NCBI RefSeq assembly: GCF_016903815.1
Contig: NZ_CP069973.1
Length of the DNA stretch: 64,000 bases
Source: Escherichia coli
GTDB lineage: Bacteria; Pseudomonadota; Gammaproteobacteria; Enterobacterales; Enterobacteriaceae
Direction: 5' to 3' (one strand)
Part shown: piece by piece, positions 51,700-61,927 of the stretch
Numbering within the stretch: position 1 is the first letter of the stretch
How the letters are laid out: every line of letters starts with the position of its first letter
The notes under the pieces: model-generated
What the model saw: the letters and a program-made list of their open reading frames with translations, nothing else
Database searches by the model: none
Told to the model about the DNA's origin: nothing
Made by a program: the position numbers and the translations under genes

Positions 51700-53085
51700 A
51701 TGGCAGATAACAAACCAGAGCTACAGCGTGGGCTGGAAGCTCGACATATCGAACTCATCGCCCTGGGGGGCACCATTGGCGTCGGCCTGTTTATGGGGGC
51801 CGCCAGTACCCTGAAATGGGCCGGGCCATCCGTATTGTTGGCCTATATCATCGCCGGGCTGTTCGTCTTTTTCATCATGCGTTCAATGGGCGAAATGTTA
51901 TTCCTCGAACCGGTTACCGGTTCGTTCGCCGTTTATGCGCATCGTTATATGAGCCCGTTCTTTGGCTATCTCACAGCCTGGTCTTACTGGTTTATGTGGA
52001 TGGCGGTGGGGATCTCAGAAATCACCGCCATTGGCGTTTATGTCCAGTTCTGGTTCCCGGAGATGGCGCAGTGGATACCCGCATTGATCGCGGTGGCGCT
52101 GGTGGCGTTGGCGAATCTGGCGGCGGTGCGGTTGTACGGCGAAATCGAGTTCTGGTTCGCGATGATCAAAGTCACCACGATTATCGTGATGATTGTCATT
52201 GGCCTGGGCGTGATTTTCTTTGGCTTTGGCAATGGCGGGCAGTCGATTGGTTTTAGCAATCTCACAGAGCATGGCGGTTTCTTTGCGGGGGGCTGGAAAG
52301 GGTTCCTGACCGCGCTGTGTATTGTGGTGGCGTCCTACCAGGGCGTGGAGCTGATTGGCATTACTGCCGGTGAAGCGAAGAATCCGCAGGTGACGCTGCG
52401 CAGTGCCGTAGGCAAGGTGCTGTGGCGAATCCTGATTTTCTACGTAGGCGCGATTTTCGTTATCGTCACCATCTTCCCGTGGAATGAAATAGGCAGCAAC
52501 GGCAGCCCGTTCGTACTGACTTTCGCCAAAATCGGCATTACCGCAGCGGCGGGCATTATCAACTTTGTGGTGCTGACGGCTGCGCTCTCTGGCTGTAACA
52601 GCGGCATGTACAGTTGCGGACGTATGCTCTACGCACTGGCGAAAAACCGTCAGTTACCGACGGCGATGGCGAAAGTTTCCCGTCACGGCGTACCGGTTGC
52701 GGGTGTGGCAGTATCTATTGCTATCCTGTTAATTGGCTCATGCCTGAACTACATCATTCCCAATCCGCAGCGTGTGTTTGTCTACGTCTACAGTGCCAGC
52801 GTGCTTCCGGGGATGGTGCCATGGTTTGTGATATTGATAAGCCAGCTGCGTTTTCGTCGTGCGCATAAAGCGGCGATTGCCAGCCATCCGTTCCGCTCAA
52901 TCCTGTTCCCGTGGGTCAACTACGTAACAATGGCATTCCTGATTTGCGTTTTGATCGGCATGTACTTTAATGAAGATACGCGTATGTCGCTGTTTGTCGG
53001 CATCATCTTTATGCTGGCGGTGACGGCGATTTATAAAATTTTTGGGCTTAATCGCCACGGTAAAGCGCATAAACTGGAGGAATAA
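51700..53085 (+). CDS. yifK: APC-family amino acid permease YifK
   Basis: 461-aa ORF with 12 predicted transmembrane segments. Confidence 0.92.
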   Translation: MADNKPELQRGLEARHIELIALGGTIGVGLFMGAASTLKWAGPSVLLAYIIAGLFVFFIMRSMGEMLFLEPVTGSFAVYAHRYMSPFFGYLTAWSYWFMWMAVGISEITAIGVYVQFWFPEMAQWIPALIAVALVALANLAAVRLYGEIEFWFAMIKVTTIIVMIVIGLGVIFFGFGNGGQSIGFSNLTEHGGFFAGGWKGFLTALCIVVASYQGVELIGITAGEAKNPQVTLRSAVGKVLWRILIFYVGAIFVIVTIFPWNEIGSNGSPFVLTFAKIGITAAAGIINFVVLTAALSGCNSGMYSCGRMLYALAKNRQLPTAMAKVSRHGVPVAGVAVSIAILLIGSCLNYIIPNPQRVFVYVYSASVLPGMVPWFVILISQLRFRRAHKAAIASHPFRSILFPWVNYVTMAFLICVLIGMYFNEDTRMSLFVGIIFMLAVTAIYKIFGLNRHGKAHKLEE

Positions 53086-53137
53086 GCAGCAAAACGCACA
53101 AACCGTAACCAAACGCGCAATTTATTTAAAAAGGGAC

Positions 53138-53166
53138 TAGACAGAGGGGTGGGAAGTCCGTATTAT
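53138..53166 (+). promoter_or_regulatory. promoter of the tRNA operon
   Basis: TAGACA (-35, 53138..53143), 17-bp spacer, TATTAT (-10, 53161..53166), GC-rich discriminator CCACCCCCGC; AT-rich UP-like tract upstream. Confidence 0.7.
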
Positions 53167-53187
53167 CCACCCCCGCAACGGCGCTAA

Positions 53188-53264
<77 letters not shown>

Positions 53265-53321
53265 TTTAGTCCCGGCGCTTGAGCTGCGGTGGTAGTAATA
53301 CCGCGTAACAAGATTTGTAGT

Positions 53322-53398
53322 GGTGGCTATAGCTCAGTTGGTAGAGCCCTGGATTGTGATTCCAGTTGTCGTGGGTTCGAATCCCATTAGCCACCCCA
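53322..53398 (+). tRNA. hisR: tRNA-His (with extra 5' G-1)
   Basis: GGTGGCTATAGCTCAGTTGGTAGAGCCCTGGATTGTGATTCCAGTTGTCGTGGGTTCGAATCCCATTAGCCACCCCA; anticodon GTG. Confidence 0.97.
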
Positions 53399-53418
53399 TT
53401 ATTAGAAGTTGTGACAAT

Positions 53419-53505
53419 GCGAAGGTGGCGGAATTGGTAGACGCGCTAGCTTCAGGTGTTAGTGTCCTTACGGACGTGGGGGTTCAAGTCCCCCCCCTCG
53501 CACCA
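53419..53505 (+). tRNA. leuT: tRNA-Leu (long variable arm)
   Basis: GCGAAGGTGGCGGAATTGGTAGACGCGCTAGCTTCAGGTGTTAGTGTCCTTACGGACGTGGGGGTTCAAGTCCCCCCCCTCGCACCA; anticodon CAG. Confidence 0.97.
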
Positions 53506-53547
53506 CGACTTTAAAGAATTGAACTAAAAATTCAAAAAGCAGTATTT

Positions 53548-53624
53548 CGGCGAGTAGCGCAGCTTGGTAGCGCAACTGGTTTGGGACCAGTGGGTCGGAG
53601 GTTCGAATCCTCTCTCGCCGACCA
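53548..53624 (+). tRNA. proM: tRNA-Pro
   Basis: CGGCGAGTAGCGCAGCTTGGTAGCGCAACTGGTTTGGGACCAGTGGGTCGGAGGTTCGAATCCTCTCTCGCCGACCA; anticodon TGG. Confidence 0.97.
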
Positions 53625-53630
53625 ATTTTG

Positions 53631-53656
53631 AACCCCGCTTCGGCGGGGTTTTTTGT
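53631..53656 (+). terminator. intrinsic terminator of the tRNA operon
   Basis: AACCCCGCTTCGGCGGGGTT hairpin followed by TTTTGTTTT. Confidence 0.85.
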
Positions 53657-53770
53657 TTTCTGTGCATTTCGTCACTTTCCCTTCGCAATAAACGCCCGTA
53701 ATAACTCATTGCGCCACGGTATGATTTCGCCCTTAACTTATTGAAGGATGACTTCAGGCAAGGAGCGACC

Positions 53771-55006
53771 ATGCTGCAACAGGTTCCAACGCGTGCTTTT
53801 CATGTGATGGCGAAACCGAGCGGTTCCGATTGTAATCTGAACTGTGACTACTGTTTTTATCTCGAAAAACAATCCCTTTACCGCGAAAAGCCAGTCACGC
53901 ATATGGACGATGACACGCTGGAAGCGTATGTCCGTCACTATATCGCTGCCAGCGAAACCCAAAACGAAGTGGCTTTTACCTGGCAGGGCGGCGAACCAAC
54001 GTTACTCGGGCTGGATTTTTACCGCCGAGCCGTGGCGCTACAGGCGAAATATGGTGCTGGCAGGAAGATAAGTAACAGCTTCCAGACTAACGGCGTTCTG
54101 CTTGATGACGAATGGTGTGCATTTCTGGCAGAAAATCATTTTCTTGTTGGGTTATCGCTGGATGGTCCGGCTGAGATCCATAATCAATATCGCGTGACCA
54201 AAGGCGGCAGACCAACGCATAAGCTGGTGATGCGTGCCCTGACGCTCCTGCAAAAACATCATGTCGACTATAACGTGCTGGTCTGCGTAAATCGCACCAG
54301 TGCGTTACAACCTTTGCAAATCTATGATTTTCTGTGTGATGCAGGCGTTGAGTTTATCCAGTTTATTCCTGTGGTCGAACGCCTGGCTGATGAAACGGCT
54401 GTTCATGCTGGACTTAAGCTACATGGTCCCGGCGATATTCAGGGCGAACTGACGGAATGGTCGGTACACCCCGAGGAGTTCGGTGAATTTTTGGTGGCGA
54501 TATTCGACCACTGGATCAAACGCGACGTCGGCAAGATTTTCGTGATGAATATCGAATGGGCGTTTGCCAATTTTGTCGGTGCGCCAGGAGCGGTTTGCCA
54601 TCATCAGCCAACCTGTGGGCGCTCGGTGATTGTTGAACACAACGGCGACGTTTACGCCTGCGATCACTATGTTTATCCGCAATATCGACTGGGGAATATG
54701 CTTCAGCAGACAATTGCAGAAATGGTAGATTCCCCGCAACAGCAGGTGTTTGGTGAAGATAAATTTAAGCAGTTACCGGCGCAGTGTCGCAGTTGTAATG
54801 TGTTAAAAGCGTGCTGGGGAGGCTGTCCGAAACACCGCTTTATGCTCGATGCCAGCGGCAAACCGGGACTGAATTATTTGTGTGCCGGGTATCAGCGTTA
54901 TTTCCGCCATCTACCGCCATATCTAAAAGCAATGGCTGATTTGCTGGCGCACGGTCGTCCGGCCAGCGACATTATGCAGGCGCATTTGATGGTGGTGAAT
55001 AAGTAA
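53771..55006 (+). CDS. aslB: anaerobic sulfatase-maturating enzyme homologue (radical SAM/SPASM)
   Basis: ORF 53741..55006; start at ATG 53771 giving MLQQVPTRAFHVMAKPSGSDCNLNCDYCFY (CxxxCxxC radical-SAM motif); 411 aa. Confidence 0.93.
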   Translation: MLQQVPTRAFHVMAKPSGSDCNLNCDYCFYLEKQSLYREKPVTHMDDDTLEAYVRHYIAASETQNEVAFTWQGGEPTLLGLDFYRRAVALQAKYGAGRKISNSFQTNGVLLDDEWCAFLAENHFLVGLSLDGPAEIHNQYRVTKGGRPTHKLVMRALTLLQKHHVDYNVLVCVNRTSALQPLQIYDFLCDAGVEFIQFIPVVERLADETAVHAGLKLHGPGDIQGELTEWSVHPEEFGEFLVAIFDHWIKRDVGKIFVMNIEWAFANFVGAPGAVCHHQPTCGRSVIVEHNGDVYACDHYVYPQYRLGNMLQQTIAEMVDSPQQQVFGEDKFKQLPAQCRSCNVLKACWGGCPKHRFMLDASGKPGLNYLCAGYQRYFRHLPPYLKAMADLLAHGRPASDIMQAHLMVVNK

Positions 55007-55041
55007 AAAAGCGGCCATTTTGTGGCCGCCTGCGGTTGATT

Positions 55042-55071
55042 GCCGGATAAGGCGTTCACGCCGCATCCGGC
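55042..55071. repeat. REP (repetitive extragenic palindromic) element
   Basis: GCCGGATAAGGCGTTCACGCCGCATCCGGC, the canonical E. coli REP palindromic unit, between convergent aslB and aslA. Confidence 0.85.
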
Positions 55072-55107
55072 AAGGTCAGTGTGGCCCGATGTAGCGATAG
55101 CGCCGGC

Positions 55108-56763
55108 TTAATCAGATTTAATCTGCGCGCGTGGTGGATATTTTTTCAGGATCTCCATATACGCGTGCATTTCGGTCTGTAGCGGTACACCCATTGGGAT
55201 ATGGCGCACGCCGATAGAGTCGCTTTCCTGCGGATCGGTGTACAGGTTAAACACCGACGATCCCGCCGTTTGCATTACTGTGCCGGTGAATCCACCCTGA
55301 TACCCGCTCTGGGTATACGCGTACGGTTGCTGGATCAGTACGTGATACTTGAACTCATCCATACGCACAGCAGCGAGTTTACCGTTGAGGAAGTAGTGCT
55401 CGGCCTTACGGTTAGACTGACCATTTGTTCCCAGGAAGAAAGATGTCTGGTCCACACCATCGATAAAGGTGGTTTTCGGTACTAAATTCGCTACTTTCGC
55501 CCCAGGATGCCCCGCCAGATCCAGTGCCGTAGGGAAGAGATCCGCCAGATCGACAATGCCGTCAGATTTACGCGGTTGGATCATGCCTTTCCAGTAAACG
55601 AAGGTTGGCACACGAACGCCGCCTTCCCATGTAGAACCTTTCGCACCGCGGAACGGCGTGCGACCGTGCGGCGGAACTTCGGCTTCCGGACCGTTATCAG
55701 AGGTGAACACAATCAGCGTGTTATCAAGCTGACCGTTTTTCTCCAGTGCTTTATACAGATTGGCGAAGATATCGTTCATCTCCACCATGCAGTCGCCGTA
55801 AGAGGTGCGCGCCGGAGAGCTACCCGCATATTTCGCATTTGGGTAGTTATCGAAGTGACAGCCGCGAGTGCCGTAGTAGAGGAAGAAAGGCTTATCGCTC
55901 TTCGCCATCTTGTCGAGGAACTTAACGCCATATTCCATCCAGCGTTGATCCAGGTCTTCCATATATTTCGGCGTAATGTCGGCAATGGCTTCCTGTTCAC
56001 CGCCGCGCACGGCATGAACGTCATCTTTGCTGAACGGCAGTTTTTGGATGTATTGAGAACGATCCGGGCTCAGGGCGACTTCCGGGTTGACGTGAACATC
56101 ACGCCATTCGGTATACATATCGGATACCGAGTTAAAGCCGCGGAAATCATCAAAGCCAACGTTCTGCGGCTGCGACTCTTTGTTTTCCCCCATATGCCAT
56201 TTCCCGATGGCCTGAGTGACGTAGCCCTGATCGTGCAGCAACTGCGGCAGAGTGGTTAACCCTTGCAGACCGCCCGGTTGCCCGTACATTGGCGGCATCA
56301 GAATGCCGTGGTGGATGGAGTATTGTCCGGTAAGAATCGTGGCGCGGGTTGGGGAAGAACTCGGTTGAGAATACGCCGAAGTTAAAATCAGCCCCTGGCT
56401 GGCAACGGCGTCGATATCTGGTGTAGGGTTACCCACCGCCACGCCGCCGCCGTTAAAGCCAACATCCATCCAGCCCACATCATCCAGCAAGAAAACAACC
56501 ACGTTCGGTTTCTTACCGGTTTTTTTCTCAAGTTCTGCCAGCTTCTGCTGGGTTTCTTTGTCTTGTGCAGGATGCTGCATCACCGGCATCATGTTGTCGG
56601 CAATAGTGGTCGCCGGTTTAACCAGATACTGGTTTGGGTGATCGTATCCGGCAAAGCCTTTGCGTGCGGTGGCGGTTGACGGGGTATCTGCTGCGTTGGC
56701 CATGAGTGGAAGAGCGGCGGCGACAGCCACAACAAGAAGTTTGGGTGAAAACGAAAATTCCAT
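55108..56763 (-). CDS. aslA: arylsulfatase-like protein
   Basis: 551-aa ORF with signal peptide and the sulfatase-family region near the N-terminus. Confidence 0.93.
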   Translation of the reverse strand: MEFSFSPKLLVVAVAAALPLMANAADTPSTATARKGFAGYDHPNQYLVKPATTIADNMMPVMQHPAQDKETQQKLAELEKKTGKKPNVVVFLLDDVGWMDVGFNGGGVAVGNPTPDIDAVASQGLILTSAYSQPSSSPTRATILTGQYSIHHGILMPPMYGQPGGLQGLTTLPQLLHDQGYVTQAIGKWHMGENKESQPQNVGFDDFRGFNSVSDMYTEWRDVHVNPEVALSPDRSQYIQKLPFSKDDVHAVRGGEQEAIADITPKYMEDLDQRWMEYGVKFLDKMAKSDKPFFLYYGTRGCHFDNYPNAKYAGSSPARTSYGDCMVEMNDIFANLYKALEKNGQLDNTLIVFTSDNGPEAEVPPHGRTPFRGAKGSTWEGGVRVPTFVYWKGMIQPRKSDGIVDLADLFPTALDLAGHPGAKVANLVPKTTFIDGVDQTSFFLGTNGQSNRKAEHYFLNGKLAAVRMDEFKYHVLIQQPYAYTQSGYQGGFTGTVMQTAGSSVFNLYTDPQESDSIGVRHIPMGVPLQTEMHAYMEILKKYPPRAQIKSD

Positions 56764-57187
56764 GCAAAATGCTCCGGTTTCATGTCGTCAAAATGTTGAC
56801 GTAATTAAGCATTGATAATTGAGATCCCTCTCCCTGACAGGATGATTGCATAAATAATAGTGATGAAAATAAATTATTTATTTATCCAGATAATGAATTG
56901 GAAAATCAGGAGAGCGTTTTCAATCCTACCTCTGGCGCAGGTGATATGTAAGGCGGTGATGTTATATCGCGTTGATTATTGATGCTGTTTTTAGTTTTAA
57001 CGGCAATTAATATATATGTTATTAATTGAATGACTTTTATTATTCATTATATATATGTGTAGAATCGTGCGCAGGAGAAATATTCACTCAGGAAGTTATT
57101 ACTCAGGAAGCAAAGAGGATTACAGAATTATCTCATAACAAGTGTTAAGGGATGTTATTTCCCGGTTCTCTGTGGCATAATAAACGA

Positions 57188-57394
57188 GTAGATGCTCATT
57201 CCATCTCTTATGTTCGCCTTAGAGCCTCATAAACTCCGGAATGACGCAGAGCCGTTTACGGTGCTTATCGTCCACTGACAGATGTCGCTTATGCCTCATC
57301 AGACACCATGGACACAACGTTGAGTGAAGCACCCACTTGTTGTCATACAGACCTGTTTTAACGCCTGCTCCGTAATAAGAGCAGGCGTTTTTTT
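57188..57394 (+). ncRNA. glmZ: GlmZ small regulatory RNA
   Basis: Sequence GTAGATGCTCATTCCATCTCTTATGTTCGCC...ends in hairpin ACGCCTGCTC...GAGCAGGCGT plus T-run; recognised as GlmZ; lies between aslA and hemY as in K-12. Confidence 0.9.
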
Positions 57395-57441
57395 ATGTAT
57401 CAGAAAGGTCCCGGAGGAGCTTGCCTCCGGGTGAGAAAGAA

Positions 57442-58638
57442 CTACTGTGGCGGGTTGTTCTGCAACGTTAACATCAAACCGTCGCGGCGCATCGCTGCAG
57501 CTTCTTCTGGTTTGTGCAGTCTGTCCAGCGCGTCGGCAAGCCATGCGTAATCGTAGGCGTCCGGACGTTGTTTCAGCGCTGCGCGGAAGGCGAGCGATGC
57601 TTCCTGCCATTCTCCGTGCTTCATCAGCGACTGACCCAGTGTGCTCCACAACAGCGGGCGATCGCCGACGTTTTTGATTTGCTGGCGCAGCACTTTTTCA
57701 AGCTGTTCCGGGTTATTGGTTTTCAGACGCGGGATCGGCAGCAGTAGGCGATCGTCATACTGGCGTTTCAGGCCGTCGATGATAATTTGCTGGGCAGTAT
57801 CATGATCGTCACATTCAATAAGATGTTCCGCCATTGCCACCTGCAACGCCACCTGATGACGCGTTTTCCGGCTTTGGTTTTTCCACCAGTTACGCAAACC
57901 TTCGCTACCGTTATCGGCACGCGCCTGATCCATCAGGCCAATCCATGCCTGTTGTTCCAGCATTGCACGATGTTCTTCATCACCAACATGGGCTTTCGCC
58001 ATTGATGGGATGATATCCAGCAGCGAACTCCATGCACCTGTGCGGATATACGCCTGTTCCGCCAGACGTAATACTTCCGGATGGCGTGGCGTAACTTCCA
58101 GCAGCTTATCCACGCCGTGGCGTGCAGCATGGTTTTCATTACGGGCCAGTTGCAGACGTACACGGGTGATTTCTACCGGAATGGTGTCATTGCCGGCCAG
58201 CTCCGCTGCGCGTTCCAGATGTTGGTTGGCGCGTGCTTCATCACCACGTTGTTGCGCGGCTTCGGCAGCCAGTAGATAGTTCACCACCGGTTGTTCAGCG
58301 TGATCGGCATTTTTCGCCATCAGCTTTTCAACTTGCTGATAATCGCCTTCCGCTAGTTTCAGCAGCGCCTGTTCGGTCTGCTTACGGGCACGGCGACGCT
58401 TACGTCCGACAAACCACCCACGGGTGTGTGCGCCTGTGCGGAAGATCCGCCGCAGTAGCCACTCAATGGCAAACAGCACTACCATCGCCAGAATCAAAAT
58501 AATCGCCAGGCCAGTGACGCTGGTTTCAATATTGTAGTTGTCGGTCTGAATCAATACGTAACCCTGATGACCGGCAATCATCGGGCCAACCACTATCCCC
58601 GCAATCAGCAAAACAAAGAGCAATAACACTTTTAGCAT
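57442..58638 (-). CDS. hemY: HemY (TPR-containing inner-membrane protein of the hem operon)
   Basis: 398-aa ORF with two N-terminal transmembrane segments; last gene of hemCDXY. Confidence 0.93.
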   Translation of the reverse strand: MLKVLLLFVLLIAGIVVGPMIAGHQGYVLIQTDNYNIETSVTGLAIILILAMVVLFAIEWLLRRIFRTGAHTRGWFVGRKRRRARKQTEQALLKLAEGDYQQVEKLMAKNADHAEQPVVNYLLAAEAAQQRGDEARANQHLERAAELAGNDTIPVEITRVRLQLARNENHAARHGVDKLLEVTPRHPEVLRLAEQAYIRTGAWSSLLDIIPSMAKAHVGDEEHRAMLEQQAWIGLMDQARADNGSEGLRNWWKNQSRKTRHQVALQVAMAEHLIECDDHDTAQQIIIDGLKRQYDDRLLLPIPRLKTNNPEQLEKVLRQQIKNVGDRPLLWSTLGQSLMKHGEWQEASLAFRAALKQRPDAYDYAWLADALDRLHKPEEAAAMRRDGLMLTLQNNPPQ

Positions 58639-58640
58639 GG

Positions 58641-59840
58641 TTATTCTCCTTGCGGCGCGGCTGCCGGAGTATCAGCTTGCGGTGCAGGTGCAGGTGCAGG
58701 TGCAGGTGCAGGTTTAGCTTCCGTTGTCCCCGCTGCCGGTTGTGCCAACAGGTTACGCACGCGAGTCTGCATCAGTTTTTCCAGCATCGCCTGGCTTTGC
58801 AGGGTTTCCGGGAGATCCATCGAGATATTTTGCTGGCTTAACTGGTCCACCTCGTTGAGGAACGCTTTGGTGGTGGCATCATCAGTATCGTAGTAAGCAC
58901 GTACCCAGGTGGAGACGTTCTCCAGCGCCTGGCGATAAGTCTCTTCCTGATGACGCGGTACGGCTTGTGCCGCGACCAGCAGGCGAGAGCGAATATTTTC
59001 GCGCAGATAGATATCCTGATTTGGCGCTAACAGCGGTACGGCGGTGTCATCACGACGGCGAATCGTAATGAAGTTGTCCATAAAGTTCTGCCAGCTTTTT
59101 TGTAGATTGATACGCCATTCGCTGATGGAACTGGAAAGCTCTTCACCGTCGGAATCCATCGGCGAACCATCGCTGTCATTATCGGCCAGACGCAGGTTAT
59201 CTACCTGATTTGAAAGCTGATTAAGCTTAAGGATGATGCCGTCATAATCCACCTGCGATACCGCAGAAAGGCTGGCGATATCATCGGTAATTGCCCGACG
59301 AACGGTAATCAGACTCGGGTCATTCATATCCGCCAGGCTGGCATCTGCACTTTTCAGCAACGCTGCAGCGGTCGTGACGTCTTGATCGCTCCACAGCTTC
59401 CGTCCTGCGAGTTTCACCAGAAAATCGGCCTGAGCCAGCAGCCAGGTTTTAGCATCGCTGCCGGAAATGGTGGCGACCTTTTGTTGGACTTCATCCAACT
59501 GTTTTGCCAGCGTTTCTTGCTGACGATTCGCCTGCTCAAGCTGTACAGCTTGTTGCTTGATAATGCCTTCCAGCTCAGCTTTTTGGCTCTCCTGGGCTTT
59601 TTGCAGTGCCGTCAGTTGATTAGCCAGGGCATCGCTGGTGGCAGTCTGATTGACGGCCTGTTGTTTACCCCAGCCATACAAACCGACGCCCGCCGCCAGA
59701 GCAATAGCAATAGCCACCGCGCTGAGAATCAATGCGGTATTGTTCTTACTCTTTTTTTCTGTTGCGACAGGTTGTGACGTGGTGTCCACGGCCTCCCTGG
59801 TCTCTTCAACCACGGCGGAGGTTTTTTCTTGTTCCGTCAT
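58641..59840 (-). CDS. hemX: HemX (putative uroporphyrinogen-III methyltransferase-like membrane protein)
   Basis: 399-aa ORF with an N-terminal transmembrane anchor, coiled-coil-like region and a C-terminal (Pro-Ala) repeat. Confidence 0.92.
   Translation of the reverse strand: MTEQEKTSAVVEETREAVDTTSQPVATEKKSKNNTALILSAVAIAIALAAGVGLYGWGKQQAVNQTATSDALANQLTALQKAQESQKAELEGIIKQQAVQLEQANRQQETLAKQLDEVQQKVATISGSDAKTWLLAQADFLVKLAGRKLWSDQDVTTAAALLKSADASLADMNDPSLITVRRAITDDIASLSAVSQVDYDGIILKLNQLSNQVDNLRLADNDSDGSPMDSDGEELSSSISEWRINLQKSWQNFMDNFITIRRRDDTAVPLLAPNQDIYLRENIRSRLLVAAQAVPRHQEETYRQALENVSTWVRAYYDTDDATTKAFLNEVDQLSQQNISMDLPETLQSQAMLEKLMQTRVRNLLAQPAAGTTEAKPAPAPAPAPAPQADTPAAAPQGE
58681..58713. repeat. 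tandem hexanucleotide repeat (GGTGCA)x5 inside the hemX 3' end
   Basis: GGTGCAGGTGCAGGTGCAGGTGCAGGTGCAGGT on the + strand encodes [10 protein letters not shown] in HemX on the - strand. Confidence 0.9.
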
Positions 59841-59861
59841 TATGGCTTCCTGTTATGAGAG

Positions 59862-60602
59862 TTATTGTAATGCCCGTAAAAGCGCATCGTTGTCAGCGTT
59901 ATCGGCGACCTTAATGTCTTGCCAGCCCAGTTCCCGGGCGAGTTTCGCCAAACGCTCACTGACGACCAATAGTCGACAGTGTAGTAACCAGTGCTCACGA
60001 TACCATTGTGGGATCAGCGACCAGAGTTGCTGCAACATTTCACCGCTGGTAACAACGACCGTCGTCACCTCGCGGGATTGCCAGCGCATCGCTTCTTCTG
60101 CACCATCGTAATGGATTGCGCATCGTTGATAACATTCACAAAAAGTGACCTCAGCACCGCGCGCCGTCAGGGTATCCCCAATTAGCTCACGACCGCCATT
60201 GCCACGTAATATCAGCGCACGTTTGCCCGCAATATTTTGTAATTCAGGTAATTGTAGCAAGACTTCGCTGATTTCCCGATCCTGCGGGTAGAGAATCTTC
60301 TGTCCGCTTACGGTATGTAGCGCCAGTGCGGTGGTGCGTCCAATGGCGAAATAATCAGGTAGTCGGGGCCATTTACGATCTTGCTGATGCAGCTGTGATT
60401 GGGCAAAAGCAACCGCGTGTTGCGAGAGGGCAAACAACAGATCCCTCTCCCCCAGCGCTGCAAGTTGATCAGCAAGTTGCGGTAATTGTCGACCCGGAGA
60501 AAACTCAATCAGCGGAAAATGCCAGGCCACCTGCCCCAGTGTGCGCAGACGGCTCACTAACTCTTCTCCAGCGGGAGACGGGCGGGTGACCAAGATACTC
60601 AT
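59862..60602 (-). CDS. hemD: uroporphyrinogen-III synthase
   Basis: 246-aa ORF; start overlaps the hemC stop by 4 bp. Confidence 0.94.
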
Positions 60603-61540
60603 GCCGGGGCGTCTCCGTTATAGACTTCAGCAAGGATCTCGCGCGCGCCGTTATTCAGTAGCTCTTCTGCCAGCGAAATCCCCATTTGTTCGGCATCTTG
60701 CGGCGCACCGCGGCGTTCACCGCGAATAATCTGCGAACCGTCCGGCGCGCCGACCAGCGCACGCAGCCAGATTTCGCCATCAATAAGCTCGGCGTAGCTA
60801 CCAATTGGTACCTGACATCCGCCTTCGAGACGGGTATTCATGGCGCGTTCTGCGGTAACGCGCAGTGCAGTTTCGTGGTGATTCAGCGCGGCAAGCAGCT
60901 CGCGAGTGCGTGTATCATCAAGGCGGCATTCAATGCCCACCGCACCTTGTCCTACCGCCGGAAGAGAAATCTCGGGTGGCAACGCGGCGCGAATGCGTGA
61001 CTCCAGACCTAAACGTTTTAGTCCGGCTACGGCAAGAATGATGGCATCGTATTCGCCGTTATCCAGTTTGCTCAGGCGAGTGCCGACGTTGCCGCGCAGG
61101 GAGCGGATAATCAGATCCGGGCGGCGTTCAGCCAGTTGGCACTGGCGACGTAAACTGGACGTCCCGACGATACTGCCTGCCGGTAACGCATCCAGACTGT
61201 CATAGTTATTGGACACAAAGGCATCGCGAGGATCTTCACGCTCACAAATAGTGACCAGTCCCAGACCTTGCGGGAATTCAACCGGCACATCTTTCATTGA
61301 ATGTACGGCGATATCGGCGCGATTTTCGAGGAGCGCGACTTCCAGCTCTTTTACAAATAAGCCTTTTCCGCCTACTTTCGCCAGCGGCGTATCAAGAATC
61401 ACATCGCCGCGCGTCACCATCGGTACCAGTTCAACGACCAGGCCCGGATGGCTCGCCATCAACTTGTCTTTGACATAGTGTGCCTGCCAGAGTGCAAGTG
61501 GGCTTTGGCGTGTGGCAATTCTTAAAACATTGTCTAACAT
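60599..61540 (-). CDS. hemC: porphobilinogen deaminase (hydroxymethylbilane synthase)
   Basis: ORF 60599..61561; start at the ATG giving [23 protein letters not shown] (313 aa). Confidence 0.95.
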
Positions 61541-61927
61541 GCTTGTTACCGTCATTATCATCCGTGGTCCATCCTAACATCCTTGCCAGAGCGATGTCAG
61601 TGTTGTGGTGAAACGTAGACGCCTGCGCAAACCGTAAAATGAGGTCTGGCAGTGGATCCTGACAGGAGTTTCACGCCGTCGTAATAAGGAATTTACAGAG
61701 AATAAACGGTGCTACACTTGTATGTAGCGCATCTTTCTTTACGGTCAATCAGCAAGGTGTTAAATTGATCACGTTTTAGACCATTTTTTCGTCGTGAAAC
61801 TAAAAAAACCAGGCGCGAAAAGTGGTAACGGTTACCTTTGACATACGAAATATCCCGAATGCCGCGTGTTACCGTTGATGTTGGCGGAATCACAGTCATG
61901 ACGGGTAGCAAATCAGGCGATACGTCT

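Noticed and set aside
58681-58713. Possible CRISPR-like repeat
   Set aside because: It is a 6-bp microsatellite without spacers, inside the hemX coding frame; no CRISPR array or cas genes exist in the window.
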